64,000 bases of DNA from an uncultured bacterium (GTDB lineage: Bacteria > Chloroflexota > UBA5177 > JANWHV01): the NCBI GenBank assembly GCA_963827235.1, contig CAWHAE010000005.1, positions 15,660 through 79,659 of the forward strand, written 5' to 3'. Shown one piece after another: positions 9,268 through 20,235 of this stretch (position 1 is the first letter of the stretch; the number at the start of each line of letters is the position of its first letter). A program made the position numbers and the translations under genes. The notes under the pieces were generated by a model. The model was not told where the DNA came from, did no database searches, and was given only the letters and a program-made list of their open reading frames with translations.

Positions 9268-12200
9268 ATGAGCGATAACCAAAACCCCTTACTCCGGGTG
9301 CACCAGTTCTTCCGCCAGGGGCCCGTCTCCGCCGAGGGCTGGAGCCAGCTCGTGGCCAAGGATCGCGACTGGGAGTCGTCGTACCGTGAGCGCTGGCAGC
9401 ACGACAAGATCGTGCGCTCCACGCACGGCGTCAATTGCACCGGCTCCTGCTCGTGGAAGGTCTACGTCAAGGACGGCATCATCACCTGGGAGACCCAGCA
9501 GACCGACTACCCCTCGGTCGGCCCGGACATGCCCGAGTACGAGCCGCGCGGCTGCCCGCGCGGCGCCTCGTTCTCCTGGTACACCTACTCGCCGCTCCGG
9601 CTCAAGTACCCCTACGTGCGCGGCAGCTTGCTCGAGCTGTACCGCGACGCGCTCAAGCGCCACGGCGATCCCGGTCGATGGCCTGGGCCGAGATCGTGGA
9701 GGACCCGGAGAAGGCGCGCCTGTACAAGTCGCCAGCGCGGCAAGGGCGGCTTCGTCCGCGCCACGTGGGAGGAGGCGGCGGAGCTGATCGCGGCCGCGCA
9801 CGTCTACACGATCAAGCGCTACGGGCCGGACCGCGTGGCGGGCTTCTCGCCCATTCCGGCCATGTCCATGGTCTCGTATGCGGCCGGCACGCGCTTCCTC
9901 TCGCTGATCGGCGGCGTCATCCTCAGCTTCTACGACTGGTACGCCGACCTGCCGCCCGCCTCGCCCCAGGTCTGGGGCGACCAGACCGACGTGCCGGAAT
10001 CGGGCGACTGGTGGAACGCCGGCTACCTGATCATCTGGGGCACGAACCTGCCGATCACGCGCACGCCCGACGCGCACTTCATGACCGAGGCGCGCTACCG
10101 CGGGCAGAAGGTGGTCGTGGTCTCGCCCGACTACTCGGACCACACCAAGTTCGCCGACCACTGGCTGCCGGCCCAGCCGGGCACCGACGGCGCGCTGGCC
10201 ATGGCCATGGGCCACGTGATCCTCAAGGAGTTCTACGTCGACCGCCAGGTCCCCTACTTCCAGGACTACGCGCGGCGGTTCACCGATCTGCCGCTGCTCG
10301 TCACCCTGCGCGAGCGCGAGGACGCCTATCGTGCCCGACCGGTTCCTCCGCGCCGTCGGATCTGGGCGACGACGGCGGAGCATGCCGACTGGAAGACCGT
10401 CGTGTTCGACGCGGCGACGGGCGCGCCCGCCGTGCCCAACGGCGCCATCGGCTTCCGCTACGGCGACGCCGGGCATCGGCAAGTGGAACCTGGACCTGGG
10501 CGGCATCGAGCCGGTGCTGACCCTGTTCGGGCGAGCCGGCGACAGCGGTGGCGGTGGACTTGCCCCGCTTCGACGTCGGTACGACCGAGGGCGGCGGCAG
10601 CGTGCGGCGCGGCGTGCCGGTCATGCGGATCGGCGGACCACCTCGTGACGACGGTCTTCGATCTGCGTGCTGGCGCAGTACGGCGTGGCGTCGCGACGGG
10701 CTGCCGGGCGACGTGGCCGGCCGACTACGACGACCCGCAGCCCTACACGCCGGCCTGGCAGGAGCCGATCACCTCGGTCGACGCGCACCTGGCAGCGCGC
10801 ATCGCGCGGGAGTTCGCCGCACAACGCCGAGCTGACCGAATGGTCGGTCGATGATCTGCATGGGCGCGGGCACCAACCACTGGTTCCACTCCGACCAGAT
10901 CTACCGCGCCTTCCTCAGTCTGCTGCTCGCTCTGCGGCTGCGAGGGCGTCAACGGCGGCGGCTGGGCGCACTACGTGGGCCAGGAGAAGGTGCGGCCGTT
11001 GACCGGCTGGCAGACGCATCGCCTTCGCCCTCGACTGGACGCGCCCGCCGCGACAGCAGGCCGGCACGCCGTTCTGGTATCTCGCCACCGACCAGTGGCG
11101 CTACGAGGCTTCACGGTCGAAGAGCTGGCCTCGCCGCTCGGCCGCGGCCTGTTCCGCGGCAAGCAGTTCGTGGACGCCAATGCGCAGGCGGCACGGCTCG
11201 GCTGGACGCCGTCCTATCCCACCTTCAATCGCAACCCGCTCGAGCTGGCCGACGAGGCCGAGCAGGAGGGCATCGACGTCGGCCGACGTATGTCGCCGCG
11301 CGAGCTGCAGGAAGGGCGGCTGCGCTTCGCCGCCGAGGATCCCGATGCACCGGAGAACTTCCCGCGCGTGCTCACCGTCTGGCGGGCGAACCTGCTGGGC
11401 TCCTCGGGCAAGGGGCACGAGTACTTCCTACGCCATCTGCTCGGCGCCGACGGACGGCCGTCCGGGCCGCAGGAGACGCCGCCGGACGTGCGCCCGAGCG
11501 AGGTGGTCTGGCGCGATCGAGGCGCCGGAGGGCAAGCTCGACCTGCTCACGACCATCGACTTCCGCATGACCAGCAACTGCCTGTTCTCGGACGTGGTGC
11601 TGCCCGCGGCGACCTGGTACGAGAAGTACGACCTCTCCTCGCACCGACATGCACCCGTTCGTGCACGCCTTCAACCCGGCCATTCTGCCCCGCCGTGGGA
11701 GGCGCAAGACCGACTGGGACGCGTTCATCCGCATCGCCGAGGCGTTCTCCCGGCTCGCCGCCACCCACCTGGGCGTGCGACACGACCTGGTCGCGGCGCC
11801 GCTGCTCCACGACACGCCGGACGAGATCGCCCAGCCCTTCGGCGAGGTGCGCGACTGGAAGGCGGGCGAGTGCGAGCCGATACCCGGGACAGACCATGCC
11901 GAAGCTCGTCGTGGTCGAGCGCGACTACGGCGCCGTGGCGGACAAGATGACGGCGCTCGGGCCGCTGCGTGGAACAGCTCGGGCACGCGCGACAAGGGCG
12001 TCGCGCTGGAAGCCCGACGACGAGGTGGACTACCTGCGGCGGCGGAACGGCGCGGTCCGCGGCGGCGTCGCCGACGGGCGGCCGTGCGCTGGCCGCGCCG
12101 AGCACGCCTGCGAGGCGATCCTCGCCCTGTCGGGCACGACGAACGGCCGGCTGGCGCGTCGCGGGCTTCCAGGCGCTCGAAGCGCGCACCGGCGTGCAGC

Positions 12201-12973
12201 TCGCGGACCTCGCCGAGCGACGCACGAGGGCGAGCGGATCACCTTCGCCGACACCCAAACCAGCCGCGCACGGTGATCACCTCGCCCGAGTGGTCGGGCA
12301 TCGAGGCGCAGGCCGGCGCTACTCGCCCTTCACGATCAACGTCGAGCGGCTCAAGCCCTGGCACACCCTGAGCGGGCGCCAGCACTTCTACCTCGACCAC
12401 GCCTGGATGCTCGAGCTCGGCGAGCGGCTGCCGGCCTACCGGCCGCCGCTCGACAGTATCGTCGCCACTTCGGCGAGCCAGAGGCTCGGCGAGGAGGGCC
12501 GTGCTCGAGGTCACGGTGCGCTACCTGACGCCGCACTCGAAGTGGTCGATCCACTCCGAGTACCAGGACAACCTGCACATGCTGACTCTGTTCCGGGGCG
12601 GACCGGTGATCTGGCTGAGCCGTCGAGGACGCGGAGACGCATCGGCGTCGCGGACAACGACTGGATCGAGGCCTTCAACCGCAACGGCGTCGTCGCCTGC
12701 CGCGCCGTCGTCACCCACCGGATGCCCGAGGGCGTCGTGCTACATGTACCACGCCAAGGACCGCCACGATCGAACGTGCCGCTCGACGCGAGCTGAGCGG
12801 CAACCGCGGCGGCACCACAACTCGCTGACGCGCATCGTCTGATGAAGCCGACTCACCTGATCGGCGGCTACGCCCAGCTCTCCTACGGCTTCAACTACTA
12901 CGGCCCCACCGGCAATCGCAGCGCGACGAGATCACGGTCATCCGCAAGCGCCTGACAGGAGGTCGAGTACTGA
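9268..12973 (+). CDS. narG: Respiratory nitrate reductase alpha subunit; many frameshifts, probably sequence errors
   Basis: [80 protein letters not shown] spread over several frames; ends EVEY-TGA at 12971-12973. Confidence 0.93.
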
Positions 12974-14582
12974 TGCTGCGTGCATGGCCCAGGTGGGCAT
13001 GGTGATGAATCTCGACAAGTGCATCGGCTGCCACACCTGCGCGTCACCTGCAAGCAGGTGTGGACCAACCGGGCGCGGCGCCGAGTACATGTGGTTCAAC
13101 AACGTGGAGACCAAGCCCGGGTCAGGGCTACCCGCGCACGCTGGGAGGACCAGGAGCAGTGGAAGGGCGGCTGGGAGCTCGACCGGCGAGGGCCGGCTGC
13201 GCCTGCAAGGCGGGCGGCCGCTGCGGAAGCTGCTCAACATCTTCTGCAACCCGGAGCTGCCCGACGCTCGACGACTACTACGAGCCGTGGACGTACGACT
13301 ACGAGACGCTGATCAGCGCGCCGCTGCTCAGCAGCACGATCCCGTGGCGCGCCCGAGATCGCAGCTCACCGGCGAGCCGATGCAGATGCAAGTGGGGGCC
13401 GAACTGGGAGGACGACCTGGCGCGGCGCCCCCGAGCACGCCGTGCACGACCCGAACCTCGAGCAGGCTCGAGGAGCAGGTCTCGCCTGGAGTACGAGCAG
13501 GCCTTCATGTTCTACCTGCCGCGCATCTGCGAGCACTGCCTCAACCCGTCCTGCGTCGCCTCCTGCCCGTCGGGCGCCATGTACAAGCGCGAGGAGGACG
13601 GCATCGTGCTGGTCGACCAGGACAAGTGCCGCGGCTGGCGGATGTGCGTCTCCGGCTGCCCGTACAAGAAGGTCTACTTCAACCACCGCACCGGCAAGGC
13701 CGAGAAGTGCACGTTCTGCTATCCGCGCATCGAGGCCGGGCAGCCCACGGTGTGCTCCGAGACCTGCGTCGGACGGCTTCGCTACATCGGGCTCGTCCTC
13801 TACGACGCCGACCGCGTGCAAGGAGGCCGCGTCCGTCGCCCGATCCGACAGCATCTGCTCGATGCGCAGCTGGGCGTCTTTCTGGACCCCCACGACCCGG
13901 CGGTGCTGGCGGCAGGCGCGCCGCGACGGCATCGCCGAGGACTGGATCGAAGCGGCGCGGCGCTCGCCGGTCTACGCGCTGGCCATGCGCTACCGGGTCG
14001 CGCTGCCGCTGCACCCCGAGTTCCGCACCCTGCCGATGGTCTGGTACGTGCCGCCGCTCTCGCCGGTGGTGAGCGCGCTCGAGGAGCAGCGGCATCGACG
14101 GCCGACCCGGACGACGTCTTCCCCGCCATCGAGAGCTGCGCATCCCCGTCGAGTACCTGGCCGAATCTGCTCGCCGCCGGCGACGCCGAGGTGATCCGCG
14201 TGGTGCTGCAAGCGGCTGGCGGCGATGCGCGCCTACATGCGGCGGAAAGAAGTCAACAAGCAGGTCGATCAGCAAGGTGCCGAGCGCGGTCGGCATGACC
14301 GTCGAGGAGATCGAGGCGCTGTACCGGCTTCTCGCGATCGCCAAGTATGAGGATCGCTACGTCATGCCGCCGGCCCATACTGAGCTCGCCGGCCGCTTGC
14401 TCGAGCAGCAGGGAGGTTGCGGTCTCGATTTCGCCGGCGGGCCCGGCAACTGCGGCGCCATTCCGCCACCCAGTCGCGAGAGCAAGCGAACGGACAACGG
14501 GAAGTTCATGCTGCTGAAGATGGCACCCTCCGGCGGCGCAAGCCAGTCTGGCGAGGATGGTCAGCAAGGCAAGCCATCCTGA
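12973..14582 (+). CDS. narH: Respiratory nitrate reductase beta subunit; frameshifted
   Basis: MNLDKCIGCHTC, WFNNVETKPG, PRICEHCLNPSCVASCPSG, CRGWRMCVSGCPY, CSETCVGR, PEFRTLPMVWYVPPLSP, LAIAKYEDRYV; TGATG coupling to narG. Confidence 0.93.
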
Positions 14583-14591
14583 GGAGTGCAT

Positions 14592-15248
14592 ATGCTACGT
14601 CGCGCCCGTGGTGCCAATGCCGAGCAGACCCGGCTGCTGTACAAGCTGTTCTCTATTCTGCTGCGCTACCCCGGCGATCGCCTCTGCGCCGCACGCAGCG
14701 AGATCCTTGACGCCGTGAGGTCCCTTCCCGCCTCGCCGCGCAGAGTGGCGCTCGAGCGCTTCTGCGCTTACTGGGCGCATGCGCCGGCCACTGCGCTGGC
14801 ACAGGCCTACGTCGAGACCTTCGACCTGCACAAGCGCGCGGGCCTCTATCTCAGCTACTACCTCTACGGCGACACGCGCAAGCGCGGCATGGCCCTGCTG
14901 CGCCTCAAGCGCCTCTACCGCTTGGCCGGGCTGATCCTGGAGGATGGCGAGCTACCCGACTACCTGCCGGTGATGCTCGAGTTCGCCGCCGGCGCACCGC
15001 CGGGAGCCGGCGAGCACGTGCTGGCCGAGTACCAGGCGGCGCTGGCGCTCGTTCACCGCAGCTTGCAGGAGATGGAGAGCCCCTATGCCCACCTGCTCGG
15101 CGCCGTCCGGGGCAGCCTGCCGGGGCTCACGACGCGACAACGTCAGCGCGTGCAGGAGCTCATCGTGCATGGACCGCCTGCCGAGCAGGTCGGACTTGCA
15201 CCCTACGGGCCACCGGAAGCCATGCCGGTTGAGGAAGCCGTGCGATGA
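14592..15248 (+). CDS. narJ: Nitrate reductase molybdenum cofactor assembly chaperone
   Basis: LLRYP, YVETFD, GDTRKRGMAL, ELPDYLPVMLEF; GAGGAG RBS. Confidence 0.93.
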   Translation: MLRRARGANAEQTRLLYKLFSILLRYPGDRLCAARSEILDAVRSLPASPRRVALERFCAYWAHAPATALAQAYVETFDLHKRAGLYLSYYLYGDTRKRGMALLRLKRLYRLAGLILEDGELPDYLPVMLEFAAGAPPGAGEHVLAEYQAALALVHRSLQEMESPYAHLLGAVRGSLPGLTTRQRQRVQELIVHGPPAEQVGLAPYGPPEAMPVEEAVR

Positions 15249-15940
15249 AGGCGTCGGATCTCTTCCTGTGGATCGTATTGCCGTATGTATCCGTCGCCAT
15301 CTTCGTCGTGGGCCACGTCTGGCGCTACCGCCGCGACCAGTTCGGCTGGACCAGCCGCTCGACCCAGATCCTGGAGCGCCGTCTGCTGGCGTGGGGCAGC
15401 ATCCTCTTCCACTACGGGGCGCTGGCGGCGATAGCCGGACACGTGCTGGGCATCCTTGTTCCAGAACAGACCACGGCGGCGATCGGCGTCACTGAAAGCG
15501 AATACCATGCCCTCTCGGCCACGGCGGGCGGCGGTGCCGGCATCACCTGCGTGGTGGGCCTCGCCATACTGATCTACCGCCGCACGCTCATCCGGCGCGT
15601 GCGCGTGACCACGTCGCCGACCGACGTCGTGGCCTTCGTGCTGCTGGCGGTCGTCATCGGGCTGGGCATTGGCGAGACGCTGGGTGTGAACGCCTTCGGT
15701 GGCGGCTACGACTACCGCCCGACGCTGGGCGTGTGGTTCCGGGGTCTCTTCTTCTTCCAGCCGCATCCCGAGCTGATGGAAGCGGCACCGTTCGTGTACA
15801 AGGTGCATGCCACGGCGGCCTGGCTGCTCTACCTGCTCTGGCCCTTCAGCCGGCTGGTGCACGCCTGGAGCTACCCCATCCAGTATCTGGGGCGGCCATA
15901 CGTGCTCTATCGCCGTCGCTACGCGCGAGCACGCGCCTGA
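15245..15940 (+). CDS. narI: Respiratory nitrate reductase gamma subunit (cytochrome b)
   Basis: PY, WRY..DQFGWTSRS, FHYG, GH, H..AW, WPFSRLVH; ATGA overlap with narJ. Confidence 0.95.
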   Translation: MKASDLFLWIVLPYVSVAIFVVGHVWRYRRDQFGWTSRSTQILERRLLAWGSILFHYGALAAIAGHVLGILVPEQTTAAIGVTESEYHALSATAGGGAGITCVVGLAILIYRRTLIRRVRVTTSPTDVVAFVLLAVVIGLGIGETLGVNAFGGGYDYRPTLGVWFRGLFFFQPHPELMEAAPFVYKVHATAAWLLYLLWPFSRLVHAWSYPIQYLGRPYVLYRRRYARARA

Positions 15941-15946
15941 CAAACC

Positions 15947-16960
15947 GTGGCGCCGGCGCTGCCCCGAGTGCCCGCGGGTTCCCCCGCCGCGCTGATGGCC
16001 ATCGGCATCTTCGTGCTGGCGGCGCTGCAACGGCTTCCCTCCCCACTGCCCGACGCCACTAGCGCACTGGGCATTCTCTTGCTCGGCCTGTGGGCCATAA
16101 TGGCAGCGCTGCTCGCGAACGATGGGCTGTGTGGGAGGCTGCAGCTGAGTCTCGTGAAGCCGGGCACGAGCTTGGCGGTCGGCACATGGGTCGCCGGCAC
16201 GTCGGTTCTGGCTGAGGTCGTGCACCTGGCGCTGCCGCGCTGGGAGCCCCTGGCCGATGCACTTGGCCTGACGGCTCTCGCGCTCTGGCCGTGGTATCTC
16301 AGCCTTGCCGTCCGGGCTGTGCGCGCTCTCGCCACTGTGGCCGCGCGCCGGCCACTGAATGGCAGGATCCTGCTTACGAGCGTCAGCACGCAGTCCCTGG
16401 TGATCGCCTGGCACACGGTGCTGCCGCAGAGCGAGCCACGCGACGTCGCGCTGGCGCTGGTGCTGGCAGGCATTGCCTTCTATGCATGCGGCATTGGGCT
16501 TATGCTCTGGCTGGCAGCGCGCGCGGCGACCTGGCGCCTGCGCGAGGACGGAGATGCCACCCACTGCATCGTGCACGGCGCCATGTCCATCAGCGGGCTG
16601 GCGGCGACGGTGAGCCACGCGCTGCCCGTCCTGTGGATCGGGGTCATCTGGTGCTGGGTAGCCGGGGCGTTCGCGGTTGTCGAAGGCGCCGAACTGGCAC
16701 GAGTGGTCGCGCGCGTGGGAAAGTACGGCTGGCGGCGAGGCGCCTTCACGTACGATGTGTCGCAGTGGTCGCGGAACTTCACGTTCGGCATGTTCTACGC
16801 CTTCACGCTCGCCGTGCACCAGGCTGGCCTGGATGGAGCTGAGCAGCCAGCCCTTCGAGCATGCCAGGCTCTGGTGCTGTCTGACGGCCAATATGTGGTG
16901 GCCATGCTCCTGCTCGTCGAGATCGCACTTTTCCTGCTTGCCCTGCTCAGCCGCGAATGA
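15947..16960 (+). CDS. TDT/SLAC1 (TehA/C4-dicarboxylate transporter)-family membrane channel
   Basis: ~9-10 hydrophobic helices; MAIGI, NG.ILL..VSTQSL, GAMSISGLA, Y....WS..F.FGM resemble TDT-family motifs; starts 6 bp after narI. Confidence 0.65.
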   Translation: MAPALPRVPAGSPAALMAIGIFVLAALQRLPSPLPDATSALGILLLGLWAIMAALLANDGLCGRLQLSLVKPGTSLAVGTWVAGTSVLAEVVHLALPRWEPLADALGLTALALWPWYLSLAVRAVRALATVAARRPLNGRILLTSVSTQSLVIAWHTVLPQSEPRDVALALVLAGIAFYACGIGLMLWLAARAATWRLREDGDATHCIVHGAMSISGLAATVSHALPVLWIGVIWCWVAGAFAVVEGAELARVVARVGKYGWRRGAFTYDVSQWSRNFTFGMFYAFTLAVHQAGLDGAEQPALRACQALVLSDGQYVVAMLLLVEIALFLLALLSRE

Positions 16961-17286
16961 GGCATGGCCCGTGTTCGAATATGCGCTTCGGGCTGGCAGA
17001 CGCTCGAGGTGCAAGCAGACGTTCCTCGCCCATGCGCCCGGGAGAAGCGAACGGTAGCCTGTTCGCGCGTCTATGGGTCACCGACGCTCTCAAGCAATGT
17101 TGTCCGGCTCACACGGTTCAGTGCCCAGGCTGTGCAGCAGAGCTGGAACGTCTGCCATCTTGCGCCGCACGCAAAAGCGGGCGAAAAGCGCACATGGCAT
17201 TCGATGACGTCCCTTCCTCGGCTGCCCGCGAGGCTTGCAGTATCGCTTGCACCCGGTCGGGGCAGACATTCGCCAGCAGAAGCTCA

Positions 17287-17330
17287 CGTGCTAAAGAACG
17301 TGCTAAAGTGGGCCGGTTCTCGTGCTAAAG
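17287..17330. repeat. Three direct repeats CGTGCTAAAG (candidate integrase arm-type sites)
   Basis: Exact copies at 17287-17296, 17299-17308 and 17321-17330, ~46 bp from the tRNA 3' end. Confidence 0.75.
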
Positions 17331-17376
17331 AGACTTTGAAGATGGAGGAAGATGGAGCTTGCCGGAGGAGAATAAA

Positions 17377-17449
17377 AGCGGGTGAAGGGACTCGAACCCT
17401 CGTCATTCTGCTTGGGAAGCAGACACTCTGCCAACTGAGTTACACCCGC
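17377..17449 (-). tRNA. tRNA-Gly(CCC), CCA not encoded
   Basis: GCGGGTG acceptor stem, D-arm AACTCAGTTGGCAGAGT, anticodon arm TCTGC-TTCCCAA-GCAGA, T-arm GAGGGTTCGAGTCCCTT. Confidence 0.95.
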
Positions 17450-17634
17450 GTGCTCGGCGCGCACCCCCCCTTGGGATCGCCCGTCCGATGCGCAGATCCT
17501 ACCACGCTTGGACCATCCGCCGCAAGCAGCATCCGGCAGACCGGTAATCCGCCGGACAACCCCCGCCGCCCCGACCGACCGCCCGCGGCTGACCCGTCGG
17601 CCGGGCGTCCACGGTGGGCATGTGGCCGCCTGCC

Positions 17635-18982
17635 CTACTGCACCTGCGGCACGTCGTCGCCCAGCAGCAACACCACCTGAGCGTGCACGTCCGGCATGTT
17701 GCTGGTCGCCAGCTTCGCCTGAAACATCTGGCGCAGCAGACGCGTCGTGTATGGCGCGGAGGGGTAAGCGCTGTTCACGATCACCGTCGTGTGCGCCTGG
17801 GCGCTCGTGGCTGCATTGCCGCTCCCGACGACGTCGAAATGGCAGGTGGTCAGCGTACCGGCAACCGCCGTGGCTTCGCCGTTCAGCTTACTGCCGTTCT
17901 GTACGAACACGGTCGCGTGCTCGCTCGCCAGCTGCTGGTTCTGGAACAGCGCGTCGACCTGCGGCTGGAAGGCCGGCGTCGGGCACAGGTCCGCACCCTG
18001 GTCGTAGCCGATACACTGCGTCACCATGCCGTTCGTGTCGCTGAAGTACACGTGCTGCATGCTCCCGGTCTTCACCATCTCCAGGAACACCACCGGCAAC
18101 ATGCTGGCCGGCATGTTGGACTGGAAAGCGTTGCGCAGAGCGCTGTAGATCGAGGGCAGGCGGAACAGGGTGCGCAGGCTCAGAGCCTGCGACTTCAAGG
18201 CGGAGATTAGCTGCTGTTGGTGCTGTACGCGCACCTCGTCCCCCGTCGTATATGCGTGCCGCTCCCGCACGTACGCCAGGGCCGTGGCGCCGTCCATGTG
18301 CTGCATGCCCGGGTTCAAGATGCAGCGGCGCGAAGCCGTTGCCCTGCAGCGCCGGGTAGGTCGGGTCGTCAATCTTCTGATCGACGTTGATGTTGACGCC
18401 GCCAAAGGCGTCGATCACCGTCTTGAAGGTCTGGAAGCGCAGCACAATGTAGTAGCTGATCGGTATGCCGAGCGCATGCTCCACGGTGTATGCCTCGTAC
18501 GCCGGCCCGCCCAGGTAGTTGCCTTCGTTGATCTTGCTCATCTCGCCATAGCCCGGCACGCTCGCCGCCAGATCGCGCGGGATGGAGACCATCCGCACTT
18601 TCCCATGGCTGGGATCGACGGTCATCACGATGATGGTGTCGGAATGCGTCTTCTCGCCCGGGTACCGCTGATCCTCGCCCAGGGCCAGGACATTGATCGG
18701 GTCCGACCCGTTCCACGGCACGGCGTTCGCGGCCGAGGGCAGAAACGGCTGGCTGAGCCAGCCCAGCGCCGCGGGGTCGGTCCAGAAATAGCCGAAACTT
18801 CCGGCCAGCACGACGGCAATGCCCAGCAGGACAAGTCCAACGCGCAGCAGCCAGCGCGGCTTGCTGCCGGGGGGGCTGGGCGGGGGGACCGGGGCGAGCA
18901 CAAGCGTGGGCTGCGTGTGCACACTGGGCGCTTCCATGGGCAACCCGTTGGGCCCATACGTCCAGTCGTCTTCTTGAAGCAT
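17635..18982 (-). CDS. LCP (LytR-CpsA-Psr) family protein with LytR_C domain; frameshift ~18320-18350
   Basis: One TM; INVLALGED, SDTII, SIPRD, KIN; GATALAYVRERH...R...QQ; C-terminal VQNGS...GEA. Confidence 0.85.
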
Positions 18983-19254
18983 GTCGATCCTTGGCAGGCG
19001 CACCGGCACCATGCATCCGCATGGTGCGCCGTGTCAGTATACCCAGCCTTCGCTGCCTCCGGTCAAGGCGTTACTGCCTCGTCGTCCCAATTTGCACCCC
19101 CCTTGACCGCCGAGTGAGCGCGAATCGGCGACATCGTCGCATGCTCGCCGGCTCGCCCGAGGAGGCGCAATCCGGACGGGCGACCGTGCACTGCCTCGCC
19201 CGTCCGCCTGACCACGGGTTGGCACGGCACCCTCTGCCTCACGCCCTGGCTCGC

Positions 19255-20235
19255 TCAGATCGACGGTGACTCCGCCCGGACCGCGGCGTCTGATCCCCGC
19301 CAGCCGCCAAAGCGGCCTCTGTAGGCCCAGAGCGATACCAGACCGACGCACACGCCGAACCAGAGCGTGCAGAGCCGTATCAGCAGCGTAGCAGCTACGG
19401 CGTTGGTCAGCTGGGTGTGCGTCACGGCCACGAGCAGTGCTGCCGAGCTCGCCTCCGCCGATCCAAGGCCGCCGGGCGAGAGCGACGCCGATCCCACCAG
19501 CGTGGACACGGCCAGCACGAAAGCCGCCTGCACCAGCACGTCCCAGCCCGTGCCTATTCCCAGCCCGTGCAGCACGAGGTAAAAGGCCATGCATTCTCCG
19601 CTCCACGACACCAGTCCGATGCAGACGGCGGTGAGCAGCAACCCAGGCGCCAGCAGCAGTCTCGCGCTGGTGAACAACCGCCCTACCTCGTCGGCGCGCC
19701 GCGCCAGCCGCCGATGCACTTGCAGCCAGGGCAGGATGCGCGTGCGCACGAACGGCGCCTGCGAAACGACGATGATAGCCACGAAGACGGCCAGTAGCGC
19801 CGCTATAGGCAGTACCGCCTGCCTGTACAGGATCAGCCCGGTAGCCGCCAGGCCCATCATGGCCAGCCCGTCGGTCAGGCGCTCAGCCAGCACCACGGGC
19901 GCCGACGTGGTGAGCGGCGTGCCGGCCCGCCTGCGGAGCAGCACGCTCTTCAGCAGCTCGCCGGCCTTGCCGGGCGTGATCGCCATGGAGAGCCCGCAGA
20001 GAAAGATGCCGAGACTATCGGCAAAGTCGATGGCGATGCGCAGCCTGCGCAGGTACATGTGCCACTTCACGAAGCGTAGCGCGTAGTTCCACAGCGTGAG
20101 CAGCAGGATCGCCGGCAGATAGCCCACCGGGAATTGCCGCAGGGCATTGGCCACCCGCGGCGCGTCTCCGATCAGGGCCAGGACGCTGAGTACGACGAGC
20201 CCGAACAGGATCGAGAGGAAGAACCTACGGGCCAT
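19255..20235 (-). CDS. Lysylphosphatidylglycerol synthase TM / UPF0104 flippase-like membrane protein
   Basis: LRFVKW, TPGKAGELLK, ERLTD, PGGLGSAEA, LIRLCTLWF. Confidence 0.85.
   Translation of the reverse strand: MARRFFLSILFGLVVLSVLALIGDAPRVANALRQFPVGYLPAILLLTLWNYALRFVKWHMYLRRLRIAIDFADSLGIFLCGLSMAITPGKAGELLKSVLLRRRAGTPLTTSAPVVLAERLTDGLAMMGLAATGLILYRQAVLPIAALLAVFVAIIVVSQAPFVRTRILPWLQVHRRLARRADEVGRLFTSARLLLAPGLLLTAVCIGLVSWSGECMAFYLVLHGLGIGTGWDVLVQAAFVLAVSTLVGSASLSPGGLGSAEASSAALLVAVTHTQLTNAVAATLLIRLCTLWFGVCVGLVSLWAYRGRFGGWRGSDAAVRAESPSI

Noticed and set aside
9268-14582. Programmed frameshifting or selenocysteine recoding in narG/narH
   Set aside because: Shifts are numerous, go in both directions and lack slippery motifs; TGA codons fall at indel sites; error or decay is simpler
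9268-15940. Nitrite oxidoreductase (NXR) rather than Nar
   Set aside because: Canonical narGHJI order and actinobacterial Nar-type motifs; nothing NXR-specific recognised, though a phylogeny would be decisive
16964-17680. 238-aa ORF spanning the tRNA
   Set aside because: Overlaps tRNA-Gly antisense and the repeats; composition is not protein-like
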